DNA from: Octopus vulgaris
Taxonomy: Eukaryota
Direction of reading: 5' to 3'
Length of the DNA stretch: 64,000 bases
Assembly: GCA_951406725.2 (NCBI GenBank)
Contig: OX597820.1
Span: forward strand, 48,174,001-48,238,000
Below, piece by piece: positions 14,128 to 27,960 of this stretch. Positions within the stretch are counted from its first letter, which is position 1; each line of letters starts with the position of its first letter. The position numbers were made by a program, and so were the translations under genes. A model generated the notes under the pieces. That model saw only the letters and a list, made by a program, of their open reading frames with translations, ran no database searches and was not told the origin of the DNA.

Positions 14128-15899
14128 GTAGCCTTGAAGGGGTTAGTCGAACAAATCGATCCCAGTACTATCGGCTTTGTGATTCTAGCTATTAAGTTAC
14201 TGTCATGTAAACAAACAAAAGTAGTGCACATTTGCCTGAGATTCCGCACTGTGGTACAGAACTCAAAACCACGTACTTGTAAAGCGAGCTTCTTAACCAC
14301 TGAACCAGATTTCACTCACCTGTAATATTTATTAAAGGTACGGTTACATAATTTAAAAGTACATCAACAGGTAATATACAAGTGAAGTGATAAAATACTA
14401 GTATTTGGTCCGAGTTTCCCAGGTAACACAGATCTCTGATCTGCGTAATTAACTATGGAAAACTGTCAACAATGTTGTTTGTATCAGCCGACCCGACCCA
14501 ACCATCGTGTGACTCTTAAAGGTACAATATATACAGTTCCTGAAATAATTTTAATTTTTAGTTCTATTTTCAAAATTAAGCTTTAACATCCTGCGAACAG
14601 GATGTTAAACAGTTATATAACTGGAGACCTAATAAAGTCTTCAAAAGAGAATAATCAAAAGCTTTCTAATCAATGAGTATGATTTCATAGGCATATGTCG
14701 CTGTTGTTGAACGTTAAAACAATATTTCTGTTTATATCAAACAACTTGGTCCACTGCTAATCAATAGTTTGCTACCTCCGAGGTCGACTTTGCTTTCCGT
14801 CCTTTTGGTGTCGATAAAATATGTACCAGTTGAGCCGTAGTATGACGTCTGATACAAATACTAGAAGAATAAAATGTAGAAAGATAAAAGTTCGTCATAG
14901 ATACACCGTAGCGTTAGAATTAGCTGCTGAAAAGAGTATGAGAAAGAGAAGTGGGAGCACGTTTTAGAGATGCTGGCATGAGATGCTCTGTACCTCTGCT
15001 TCGATGTATTGCTAAAGCAAATCTATGAACAAAGATTCGAGTTAGCGACAGTTGCATGTTAAGACCAAAGAGCAGAATTAGAAGGTAGCAATAATCGATT
15101 CATTCTCTCTACCCCGAAATTACTGGGTTTGTGCCAATATTTGAAATCAATATTTTGCTACCCAACGAATCCCACCGACTATCTTTGTTTCAACCTCATA
15201 ATCAAGGATTCATTCAAGAAGTCATGTCACAGAAGGCTTTGACTGTTGGATTTGCATGATCATGTTGGAGAGGCATTTAAACAAGCTGCTTTCCCTAACT
15301 CCCACATATATCATTTTGAGTTCAAGATTTCATTCCAAGTCTTCCCTACAGTAAATAGAGAGGGTGTGACCAGAAATTATTAAAATAGCCTGATCGCTCT
15401 ACCTCTGTCTATCGGAGGCTAAACATTCCCTAAATTCAGAACACTTTGATGGCTACGGATGTCAAAGTATATAAGTTACTCATACACATTAAGAAATATT
15501 AACTTTAATTTAATGATTGAGGTGTACGTGAGCCAACACTCTTTTGGATGACAAAACGTGAGTTAAAACGCCTTGTTCTCTAGTAATGTTTTTTTTTTCT
15601 TCAATTGATAACCGTCACATTAATAAGTCGATTACAAATATATCAGTAATGAAGAAATTTCTACATCATTAGCAAAAATTAACTCTTATTACTAATTACA
15701 AAGTGTCCTTGTAATAGCCTAGATTTGTGTTTGATGTAAACGTGCATTCATTTCAGGTGGGAAACGTGTTTCTTTCGTTGTGGTCTTCATCAAATATCAA
15801 TTGCCAGCTGTTTCTTGAATACACGGTCTTCTTTTCTTCGATAATTATCTTCCATCTCTTGTTATTGTTGTTGTGCCTGCAAGATATTTAAACATAGTT

Positions 15900-15949
<50 letters not shown>

Positions 15950-16481
15950 ATGCTGCTGCTGCTGGTGCAGTCGAACACTTGAAAAAGCAATAAAAACACA
16001 CAAAAGTAGCCAAAGAAATTCAAACAAAATGCAACAATAAGCAAACAAAAAAGCGAATATAAAAACATGAAAACATAATATTTTTTCTAATTTTGGTATG
16101 AAGTCAGCACCTTTGAGGAGGGTAGAAAGCAAATCGACTACATCGACTCCAGTACTAGAATGACACTTATTTCAAATACACCGAAAGGATGAAAAACAAG
16201 GCCGACCTTGGCGCCATTTGAGTTAAAGCTTTTACTATTGAGAAAGTTAAGTAATCACAAAGCAATTTTAAATCTTAAATAATCCCCTTAAAAGATATTC
16301 AAAATTTAAAAACAAGCAAAGGTCTTTTTTTGCCGTAAAACTGCTGAAAATATATAGACAATGGAGCTTAAGAAAACACAAACTACGGATAACACAAACA
16401 TACTAAAAAGGATACAACGCAGGAAAAATCTAAAGAATTCTTAATGAAATCGATAATGAATAAAGAAAAGAGACTAATGCA

Positions 16482-16785
16482 GGCATAACTGTGTAGTAAG
16501 AAGTTTGCTTCCCAAGCCCCTGGGTTAAGTTTCAGTTCTTTTGCACATCAGCTGGGATAAGTGTCATCTACAATCTCTCCTGGCCGACCGATACTTTATG
16601 AGTGAGTTTGATGAATGGAAACTGCGTCGAAGTCCGTTGTGTGTTTACCACGGTCACCGCTTGATAACCGTTGTTGGTTTGTTTAATATAATTTGATATA
16701 ATAAGTACGAGATTGAAAAATAAGCATTAGGGTCGATTTGTTCGTCTCAGCCCTCAATGGTGGGGCCCCAACGTGGTTGCATTTC
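16482..16785 (+). mobile_element. SINE family A, degenerate
   Basis: gcataactgtgtagtaagaagtttgcttcccaa...aataagtac...ggtcgatttgttcg. Confidence 0.7.
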
Positions 16786-16789
16786 ATAT

Positions 16790-17024
<235 letters not shown>

Positions 17025-18681
17025 AACGAAAATCGACTACTTACATTTGGTACTTCATTTAGTTTTTAATTAACCCCGAAAGTATGAAAGAACCAGCTCC
17101 AGTTGGATTGAAACTCAGAGATACGTGACAATACTTTATTTTCATGTTGATTTATCGGTCACATAATTATATCAGCTAATAAACACTGATTATACTCGCT
17201 ATTAATTTTGTTCCGAACTTTTGATTTAAGTCGAAGAGCAGTTCTCATGAATTGTTTTGAAAATCTCTCACCATTATTGATACTGGACTAAAAACAATAT
17301 TTAGATATTTCAACAACGAATGAATAATAGATTTAAACGAAACTTAGTTATTTCTGTGGCATACTTATAGCAGCAATATATGTACTTATTAAATCAACAT
17401 TCTTGTACGCCATAAGCACAAATCTGCTGGAGAACTTTGTTTACAGTAAAGATATTATAGAGGAAGCAGTTAAAACTAAAATGTTAAATTATTACTCAGA
17501 AAATCCTATGTTATATAAGCTAAATCTATCAAATTTTAAAACTCTGTAATTGAAACAGAAAAACAACGTCGGTACGATTTGATTAGAAATAAAGATTTTG
17601 TAATAGGAAGAATATCAGAAAATATTTCTTTTATTTCGTATATTTACAAATCTACGAGATGTGTTTACAATTCTCTTCAAGTTGTTAAAATAGAATTGGA
17701 AAATTCTTTCCAATACCGTCGTACAATGATTCGCAGGTTTAACTTAGATCGGGGTGTTTAGGACAACAATCAAGAAGTTTATGAATGGGTGAAATTAAAT
17801 GGGATTAGAATAACTATTTTACAAAAGCAAAGCTAAACCAATTAATGTTCAAATCGCTCTTGTAAACTACTTAAAGAGAATACCTTATTCACAAATTTCT
17901 AAGCTGAAGTGATTTATGTAAAAGATTTCGTAAGTGTCGTTTCATCGTTTCAGGCAAATGTCCTTTCAAATCACTATCTGGTATTGACTGTGCTGTATTT
18001 GGAACTTATAGTGATTACACTATAGTAAATATATTCCAGACCAGAATCACACTTCAAATGAATAACGATGCCTAGTTCTCTTGAAATATTCACAAGATTC
18101 TTCACTACCATTGTTACATAACCAGAGACAAGATTTGAATATTTCAACGATGAAAGAACATTTCGAATACTTAGATCGAAATAAAACTCAGAATTACCGC
18201 TGTGACATATATAACATTTATAACGTTATAGAAACTTATTGTATCAATACTGTTGTTGAACAATAAACATTCATTTACGAGAGAAGAATCAATAGTTACT
18301 GTGGCGAGAATATCGAATAAACAGTTAAAGCTGAAAGGTTAAACTACTGTTAGAAACGGATAGACATTAATATAAATGAAAACTAATTGAAATAGAAAAT
18401 ATATAGCTGAAAGAGAATAGCATAAGCATAGGTTGATTGTCAAGATTTTGTCATTAAGAATTTCAGAAAATATTTGTCACGTCTACGAGAGGTTAATTCT
18501 GAATTAGAAAAGAATATATATGATGTCAAACCTCAACTATATCTTATCACGAGATCAAACTACAGACAATGATTATATATATAAATAAATGAATATATAA
18601 ATATATATATATATATATCTGGAGAATTCACGAAAAAGACAAAAGATGAACACAGGTGGTGTAGAAAACAAACAGATGCAT

Positions 18682-18712
<31 letters not shown>

Positions 18713-20242
18713 GGTGTTACGAATTGGCAGGATCTTAAGAGTGCATGATAGAATGCATAGCGATACTCACTCTGACCTTCTGAGCTTAGATCCTGCTGGG
18801 GCCAACTCTACGAATCGACGATTTGGAGCCGATGAGGAAAAAATGAAAACTCACCAAGGTGAATGGTCCAAACATCAGATGAAATGTATTGAAGGATCCC
18901 TGTTCTCTGAGTTCAAATCTAACCCCGTCATCAAATAGACCACTCTTTCAGCAGTTACCGGTGACGAATGGTAATTAGGAATTCGAATAATTGATTGCCA
19001 CTGCACCACTATGGCATTTATACACACTATCTTTGTTCCGTCTTGGACAATGTAAGACAAAGTTTATCTAAATATTATTAGTGGGGGAATCACCGTATGG
19101 TAATACACTTAGAGAAGATTAATTGTTCCTTTGTTCAATTGTTGTTGTTGGTAGTGGTTTTTCTTGCTGTTTGACTCCATATTGCCTTTAATTGTGGAGA
19201 CTTATGATCAAAAGACATTGCAGCCTAGACCAGTCTGAGCTCTTTCGCCACGGTATTGTCAACCATCACCTATATTGATGCAGAATCAGTTACTCTTCTT
19301 AGGGGATTGAACGATTACGTTGTGGCTCTCTGTTGGTGTGATAAATGTTATTGTTTAAACCTACGTTAGCCCTGACTGACAAGACATGATTAAAGTTATT
19401 TCGGATATGTCCAACTAGGTAAAAGTACATAACTGTTAATATTTTTTATGGGTATTGGTGCATAGCTAAATATAGCTCGGAGTGAGAAAACATACGACAC
19501 AAGGTATTCCAGCCATGACTAACCAATCCTTTCTCATATCTGTATCAACTCCAGGCATATATTATACAAAGTGTTCGTTTTCTTTAAGATGATTGATTGT
19601 TAATGTAGTGGTCATTTGGTTACTATTTCTAGCACGTGAATTGTACAAGTAAACACCCTCTTATTTGCGCAAGGTTGGTGTTGTGGTTTTTGTTAACTAA
19701 TACTTCAACTAAACCTGACTGATCTATGATGGAAGACATTCAACCTTATAAACATCCCATCATTTTTCGAACAATACTTGTGCTGATGGTAACTGCGACT
19801 TGGTGATGGATCAATTCTCGTCTAGAAGACCTGTAATTAAAACCATTTCAGCTGCAATCATGTCTCCGTGTTCATCATCCACAGAATTCTCCAGTACGTC
19901 CTTTCCATTTTTAGGATCTCTTCATAGAATTTCAGGTAAATCGGTTGATCTTTCAAGCTGGTTAAATGATCGAAGAAACACATGTTCATTAGATCATAGC
20001 TATGATTGTTATTTGTAATCGTGGTGTTTTATGGTGATGTTTATCTACAGAGTTTTGGGGCCGGTATAATTGGATTTGTTCTGTGGATGGAGATAGATCT
20101 AATATTTAGGCGAGAAGTTATAGAGGATGATGAGAGAGTGTCGTTCACAGCAGCGCAGTTTTAGGAGGGGAAGCAAGGTACAGAGACTTCATTGTGTTGT
20201 TGTTTTTGTTGTTAGTAAGAGTGATAAAAGAAATGGATATGT

Positions 20243-20316
<74 letters not shown>

Positions 20317-20319
<3 letters not shown>

Positions 20320-21075
20320 GTGTAGGAAGAAATGGAGCTGAACGAAGATTTAACAAAATTCCTTTATATTATTTTCTACATATGTTTCGAAGGCTGCAAA
20401 GTCCCTAATTCGGATTGAATAAGGAGTCCATTTTGCAGCTTTCTCTTCAGGAAAATCCAGGAACTTAATTCTCCAACAAAATGCACAACAAGCTTTTCGA
20501 CAAACGCTCACGAGGAGCCCATGAAAAGATGACACAAACTGTCTATCTATATGCGTTGACGCCAGACTGGGTGAAAGCTGAAGAGATTGTCCATTGAGAT
20601 AGTTCAAGGTCAGAATCCGGTTGGCAGAAGTGGGGTACAGGAAAATCAAAGAGTGTGAATGTATTCTGTATGACTGGAGTTTATATTTGAATTATTTTAA
20701 GAATGAGTGTTAGAGTGTTTGAGTGTGAGAAATTGCTTTAATGTATGTGTGTGTGCATCTATGTATGTGTGACAGTGTGTTTCGAAGGCAGAAAGAGAGA
20801 GATATAGCAGGTATTAATGGTCAAGAAACTGAAAAAACTGTGTCTGTGTATTCGTATGTGACCACTTGATAGAGAGAGGGGGTGTCCACAATGGCCATGG
20901 CAGGATACAGTGTTGCTGTCAGGGATGGCAGCAGTTCTTGACAACTAGCAGTTCTTATACTAACAGGGAAGGGATATCCCCTTTCAAATTTTATTCAAAT
21001 ATTTTTCCAAATTTTTAGGAAATCTAGGGGTTATCTATATTAGACTCCCTACACTTCCATTTCTTCCTACACTTA
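20317..21075 (-). mobile_element. ~760-bp non-coding Penelope-like element with 20-bp inverted ends, flanked by TA repeats and carrying a hammerhead motif
   Basis: taagtgtaggaagaaatgga (20317-20336) is the exact reverse complement of tccatttcttcctacactta (21056-21075). The Penelope assignment is inferred from the hammerhead type. Confidence 0.65.
20371..20456 (-). ncRNA. Minimal type-I hammerhead ribozyme with an intact catalytic core
   Basis: Minus strand: AUUUUC-CUGAAGA-GAAAGCUGCAAA...UUUGCAGCCUUC-GAAAC-AUAU-GUA-GAAAAU. 6-bp stem I, G10.1-C11.1 pair, long stem II, palindromic ACAUAUGU stem III. Confidence 0.85.
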
Positions 21076-21232
21076 ATATATAAAACTTCAAATTTCCGCA
21101 CTAAGGCACGGTTTTTATGCCCCATGGTCGTAACTTCAACCGTGCTGTTTCTGTTGTGATTTTTGCTACCCAGGTATCGGTTATCATTTGAATTGTCCGT
21201 AATAAGATAATTCATTTATCTACTTCAATAAT

Positions 21233-21298
<66 letters not shown>

Positions 21299-21306
21299 CA
21301 TGTATG

Positions 21307-21343
<37 letters not shown>

Positions 21344-21555
21344 AAAAAATATATATATATATATATCTATATATATATATATATACATATTGTGTGTGTG
21401 TATATGAGTAAATGTTATGACAAGAAAGTTAGGCTAGTGGATTTGCACAGAATATTAAATACATTTAATAGAAAAATGTACGTCCGTATGGATACAAAAA
21501 TAGTTCAAATTACAGAATATAAATAATACCACGAGTTAAATTGATTGAGTTTTAC

Positions 21556-21650
21556 GAGTTCAACAGCTGTTTCTGGGGCTTTCGAGGTCCAAAATATCGA
21601 TAGTTACTTGGATTCATTTTCAGATACCACCGCCCCCGTCTTCAGGAGAG
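21556..21650 (-). ncRNA. Hammerhead-like motif, partly decayed
   Basis: CUGAAGA-CGGGGGC...GCCCCA-GAAAC-AGCU-GUU, with palindromic ACAGCUGU; stem I is only ~2 bp. Confidence 0.6.
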
Positions 21651-21884
21651 AATTTTACATTTGTGGTATTGACAGGATGGAATTTAAAGATAGAATGATT
21701 TTGAGGAGAGCTGTGTTAGGAAGGGGAGTTGGGAGTGATTAGATAAAGAGTAGTGGGAGGAGAAAATAGGTTTCAGGGTTAGGGTTAATAATGAGGCTAG
21801 GCCTCATTATTAACCCTCGATCGACTTGTCATTGCATTTACTTATCTACCGGCTGAAATACAAATAATTTGAGCACTTCGAAAT

Positions 21885-22245
21885 GTATTCTATGCTCTTT
21901 TTGCTATTTCCAGCAATGCCTCTAACTAAGGTATCATTTAATTTTCTTGGGTCTATAAATTGAGTAAACCTGTACATAATGACTACTGGGAGCAGCCGAA
22001 TTTAACAGCTATAAAGGAATTATATGTAATGACCGTTATTTTCTCTTGTCTGCAATATATCACTCTCTAAAAACCAGTTTATAAGAAGCCCATCCACATA
22101 TTTACAATAAAGAATTGTGGTGAACTATAACACTGGGCCTTACCAAAACATTACTTGGAGTTCTTCACTAATCTAAGAAATATTGCCAACAGAGAACTTA
22201 TGATTTATTTTGCCCGGCTTGATAATTCCTCAGTATTTGTTCATT

Positions 22246-22319
<74 letters not shown>

Positions 22320-22408
22320 CATATACACACACACATATATGTATCTAGGCATATATGAATGTATTTATTTGTTAATATATGTACACACACCCAAACACAC
22401 ATACACGC

Positions 22409-22466
<58 letters not shown>

Positions 22467-22761
22467 TACTGTTATTTGTGATGTTGTTTATGCCTGTGAT
22501 GTTCGTGATGGCGTTGCTATTTGTTCCGGAAGTAACACATGTTCGCAATGTGTGATAACAGCCATGTTATATGGATAGAGACTCACCAGAAGACGTAAAG
22601 ATACTTGAAGCGTTTGTAGCTGTCATTTTGAAAGTACGCTATATCCGTATATGTGTATGTTGTTTATATGTCTAAATGTGCGTGTTGTTGTGTGCATGTG
22701 TCAGTGTCTACACACAAACCCATCAACATACTAACCATACATATATACATATATAATACAT

Positions 22762-22825
<64 letters not shown>

Positions 22826-24320
22826 CAATATATATATATATATATATATATGCGTATACAAGATTATAGAGAGAGGTGGATGTAAGCGTACATGTTTTCT
22901 CACTTAGGTAACCATGATTAAGAATATGAATGAAGGAAACTAGACATGGTAAATCCATTGCATTGCTATTCATGTACAATCCATCAACCGAGGTATACAC
23001 GTATATACATACATACATACACGGGCTTATAGACATACGCCCACACACATAGTACATTCATATATGTATATGCATATATTTCTTTATAAATGTATGTGTT
23101 TGTCTGTGTATGTACTTACATGCATAGAAACACATAAAGATACGTACAAACACGCTGACACACATGCATATATGTAATTATTTTGTATGTTCCAGACGGG
23201 CAAGCGTGAAATTACTAAAATTACAATAATTCTCACGTAATTTAACAATCGGAAATGAGATAATGTCAAAAAATTTTATATACTAACCTTTTGTAGTATA
23301 GATAAAAATCCAGAAACATGAGGGTGTCGTTTACTCTATGCCATCGAGCCCAGTACTTTAGTTTATTGACCATGGATAAAAAGTTGAACTGGGTGGGATT
23401 TGAATTCATCACGTAAAGAGGAGGATGAAATTCTGAAGTAGTTTTGTCTGAGGTTCTTACGATTCTCTTTATAAACAAAAATAATAGAAACAACAAAAAT
23501 ATTTTGAGTCGGCATGTTAAAACGTGAAATAGATTTTGAAAAGGAAAGAAAATGTTATTGAAGTGTCTGGGCCCACCAAAAGACATTATATAACTAAAAA
23601 AGAGGGTTATAGTTCGTTTGAAGAATTGTAGTACAGATATAGAGTAATAAACAAAAAGGGAAATGAGGAAAGCGTATAACAATGCAGGGAGCTATCCACG
23701 TGGGTGGATGTACGTTGACACTTATTTCTTTGACTGTATCGCTCTGAAACCAGGCGTTTGAGCCTAAAATAGCATTTTTGGCTATTCCAGTAATGGCTCT
23801 AACTAAGGTATCATTTGATTTTCTTGGGTCTTTAAATTGAGCAAACCTATAGATAATGACTACTGGAAACTGTCAAATAAAACAACTATAAAGGAATTAT
23901 ATGTAATGACCGTTATTTTCTCTTGTCTGCTATATATCACTCTCTAAAAACCAGTTTATATGAAGCCCATCCACGGGTTTACAATACAGAATTGTGGTGA
24001 ACTATAACACTGGGCCTTACCAAAACATTACTTGGAGTTCTTCACTAATCTAAGAAATATTGTTAGCCTGTTGTGTCAACAGAGAACTTTTGATTTATTT
24101 TGCCCGGATTGATAATTCTTCAGTATTTGTTCTATATATATGTATATATATATATATATATATAGTACTTCAAGTGCTCTTTTTGCTATTTCCAGCAATG
24201 GCTCTAACTAAGGTATCATTTAATTTTCTTGGGTCTTTAAATTGAGTAACCCTATATATAATGACTACTGGAAACAGCCAAATAAAACAACTATAAAGGA
24301 ATTATATGTAATAACCGTTA
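21885..24320 (+). repeat. Local direct repeats: ~355 bp at 21885-22242 and 23775-24131, plus a third partial copy at ~24165-24320
   Basis: Shared gctatttccagcaatg.ctctaactaaggtatcattt...ataaaggaattatatgtaat; the first two copies continue to gataattc.tcagtatttgttc. Confidence 0.88.
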
Positions 24321-25114
24321 TAACAATGCAGGGAGCATTGTTATAGAAGAGCGTTTTAAACGCACTTCTCTGCGTTGTTAGAATCGTTCCTCATTTCCTA
24401 TTTTCGTATATTATTCTACTCATTTTATAGCTAATTTAATGGTAAATATGAAACGCCGCATCAAGGTTTTCGTTCCAAAGCCTGTTTCAAAGTATCAAAC
24501 TTAGTGATATGAAGAAATAATAATAGATTTATTGTATAATCAACAATGTAATTTTAACTGTTTAACAAAAATGAATAATAAATACAGAGAATACACGTAT
24601 GCACACGCTCGTAGAAACACAGACACATATTTATTCCATGATAAACACACACAACAGTAGCAACTTGATACGAATGCAAACGTACAGGCATATAAACACA
24701 CACCCACTCATGTTTGGGAATAAATAGTGTTTAGTAGCATATAAAGTGAAAGAGATAGTTAAATACAATGCAAGAAGGAATCCAAAATGATTATAGAATA
24801 TATAACGAAATATACTTGAAAATCCTGATTGACATTTAAGTATGCAAATATATAATAACAAGACAAGAGTAATATTTATCGATGGACTGACCATCTCAAG
24901 GTACAACACAATAGGTTTCAGGATCTTTATAAGGTTCCTCCGCAAAGCAAATATAAAAATAGTGTATAAAATAGTGTACAGTGTTATCCAATAACGTTCT
25001 TAGTGAGAAAATAAAATTGTGTTCATTTAGTAACAAATGATTTTAGTACGGATTGCTGTTGTTGTACTGAAAAAATGTTTGTTGATTTCTTGTTAAACAT
25101 TTATTTTTTCTTTA

Positions 25115-25504
25115 CAGGAGTGGCTGTGTGGTAATTAGCTTGCTTACGAACCACATGGTTCAGTCCCACTGCGTGGCACCTTGGGCAAGTGTCTTCTACT
25201 ATAGTCTTCGGGCCGACCGAAGCCTTGTGAGTGAAATTGGTAGACGGAAACTAAAAGAAGCCCGTCATATATATGTATATGTATATATATGTGTATGTGT
25301 GTTTGCGTGTCTGTGTTTGTCCCCCAACATCACTTGACAACCGATGTTGGTGTGCTTACGTCCCTGTAACTTAGCGGTTCGGCAAAAGAGACCGATAGAA
25401 TAAGTACTAGGCTTACAAAGAATAAGTCCTAGGGTGGATTTGCTCGACTAAAGGCGATGCTCCAGCATGGTCGCAGTCAAATAACTGAAACAAGTAAAAG
25501 AGAG
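25115..25504 (+). mobile_element. SINE family A, near complete
   Basis: ggagtggctgtgtggtaa head, ggttcagtccc B-box-like motif, internal TA/TG tract, tail ctgaaacaagtaaaagag. Confidence 0.9.
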
Positions 25505-25629
25505 ATATAGCGAAGACAAATATTTTCGTAAAGAAAAATTTCTATATATGGTTACATAATTTAGAATCTGGCTTTGTATCCGCCTGGTTTCGGACCCAGA
25601 AGGGGAAGACTCCCTTCGGTCAAAAATAG

Positions 25630-25920
25630 CCATGAGATTACACTTAGAGAGTTAACCTCCAATGCACAAGTCCGGGTAAGGTTGTTTATCGAAGGCCAGC
25701 AGTCACCCATACATACCAGCTACCGATGTCATTCAAGGGAAAGGCAAAGGCCGATACAGCTCCGCACCAGTGACGTCACAGCCCATTTCTACAACTGAAT
25801 GAACTGGAGCAACGTGAAATAAAGCGTCTTGTTCAAGAACACAACACACAGCCTGATCCGGGAATCGAACTTACCACCTCATGATTGTGATAACAATGCT
25901 CTAACCACAGAGCTATGCGC
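25630..25920 (-). mobile_element. tRNA-derived SINE with a CORE-like segment
   Basis: Minus strand gcgcatagctctgtggttagag (A-box) and gttcgattccc (B-box), then ttgaacaagacgctttatttcacgttgctccagttcattcag. Confidence 0.8.
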
Positions 25921-26041
25921 TTTTCGGGCTCAGTCGTACTGCGAAGCTCCATCAGTAAATATTTTCTAGCTATAGTTCCGGGCCTAAAAATACCTCTTTT
26001 CAGTGAATTTGGTTGAGAGGGAATGTAAGGAAGTCCATCAG

Positions 26042-26325
<284 letters not shown>

Positions 26326-27740
26326 TTGTGTTTGTGTATGTGTGTGTATGTGTGTGTTTGTGTTGTTGTGCTTTCACCACCACCGCTGTTGGTTTGTTTA
26401 CGTCTAGTAATATAACCGTTCGGCAAAATAAACTGATTGAATAAGTAAATCAAAAATACTCTGCGTTTTGTACTCATGCAACGTTTCTTAGTGTGTGGAT
26501 ATTCTGGATGTGATTGATTTGATTAAAAATACCACGTAGACTGCGTAATTCGAATCATTCAATTATTTGCTATTGCACTAGTCAATAATAATATCATTGT
26601 ATCGTTCTCTATCTACGATTGTCAGCTTCGTATGTAGTCTATTAGAGAGGAAAATTGAGATAAAGTGGAAATATAAGATATGGTGTTGATTTGTAACTCT
26701 TTATAAGATTATATCAATGTATTTAATTTTATTTCGTGATTAAAAAAGTTTCCAGAAACGATTTGTGATTGAAACAATCATATTGTGTAGAAAGTTTATC
26801 ATTATAGTTAATCTAAAACAACACAAAAGTAATTTGGCAATTTTTTTGTAAACAAAATTATACTAGATTCTGTAGGAAAATATAATCTTCATTAGCTACA
26901 GACAGATATTGATCTTTCAGATCGTGAAATAATGATTGATGAAAAACGAGACATATAGTTTCTGAATCGGTAACAGATACAAAATTTGTTCAGATAAATT
27001 TACTGATCAAGTCACTAATAATCATAAAATTTTGATTGAAATGTGAAAGAGACTTTCGTACAATGTATCCACCCGTTTTATCACAAAGGAATTGTTACAA
27101 AACCAGTAGCCAAAATTGAACAAATTCTTCATAAATATGATCTTCGAGCTAACAATTGCCTAGAAATCAAGTGTTGTTAAACTAAAATTCTTATCTTTAT
27201 ATTCACTGTATATATACTTTCAGATATTTTCACACATCTCAGAAATTACACAATTATTGTAGCCTTTCCTATTAAGCTTCGTAGCTCAGCTACTCGTGAA
27301 AATTTACACGAGAATTTTAAGTAATATTTACTAAAAGACAAACTACATAAATTATATATACAAATATGCATACAATCATGCATACCGAAAAACGCATTTA
27401 AACATATATTATGTGTCTATACAAACATTCTTATGTACATAAATTCGTATAGAAAACCTGAAAGATACATAATTGGCTCACAGGAGAATTGAAAGCCGAT
27501 GAAAACCAGCTTCTGTGTCGGTAACATGAAAGTATATATACAAATATTAAGGGTATGGGGAAGAGATTTAACCTAACTACGCCGATTTCAAAGGATATGG
27601 AGGATCGCGACCAGAATAAAATCTTCTCTGCGACTCTAAAGAGAGGGTTACATTACATACAACCCAGTATAGTAACATTTATATCAGTAGGTTGTGTTTT
27701 CTCTCTGTTCATGTTTGGATTAACTATATATATACATACA

Positions 27741-27777
<37 letters not shown>

Positions 27778-27901
27778 TCAGCAGGTGAGAGCCAGAGATG
27801 CTCACATAGAACACATGTAGAATACAACCAGCCTCACCTCTTCCCACTCATCACTTGACTCACCATTTCTACTTGTATACAATCCGATGATCAATCATTT
27901 C

Positions 27902-27960
<59 letters not shown>

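Noticed and set aside
14582-14609. 12-bp perfect hairpin tttaacatcctg-cgaa-caggatgttaaa as a terminator
   Set aside because: Eukaryotic context with no upstream gene or U-tract; probably a repeat remnant.
21775-21786. Telomeric TTAGGG seed
   Set aside because: Only about two units, overlapping the hairpin arm; not significant.
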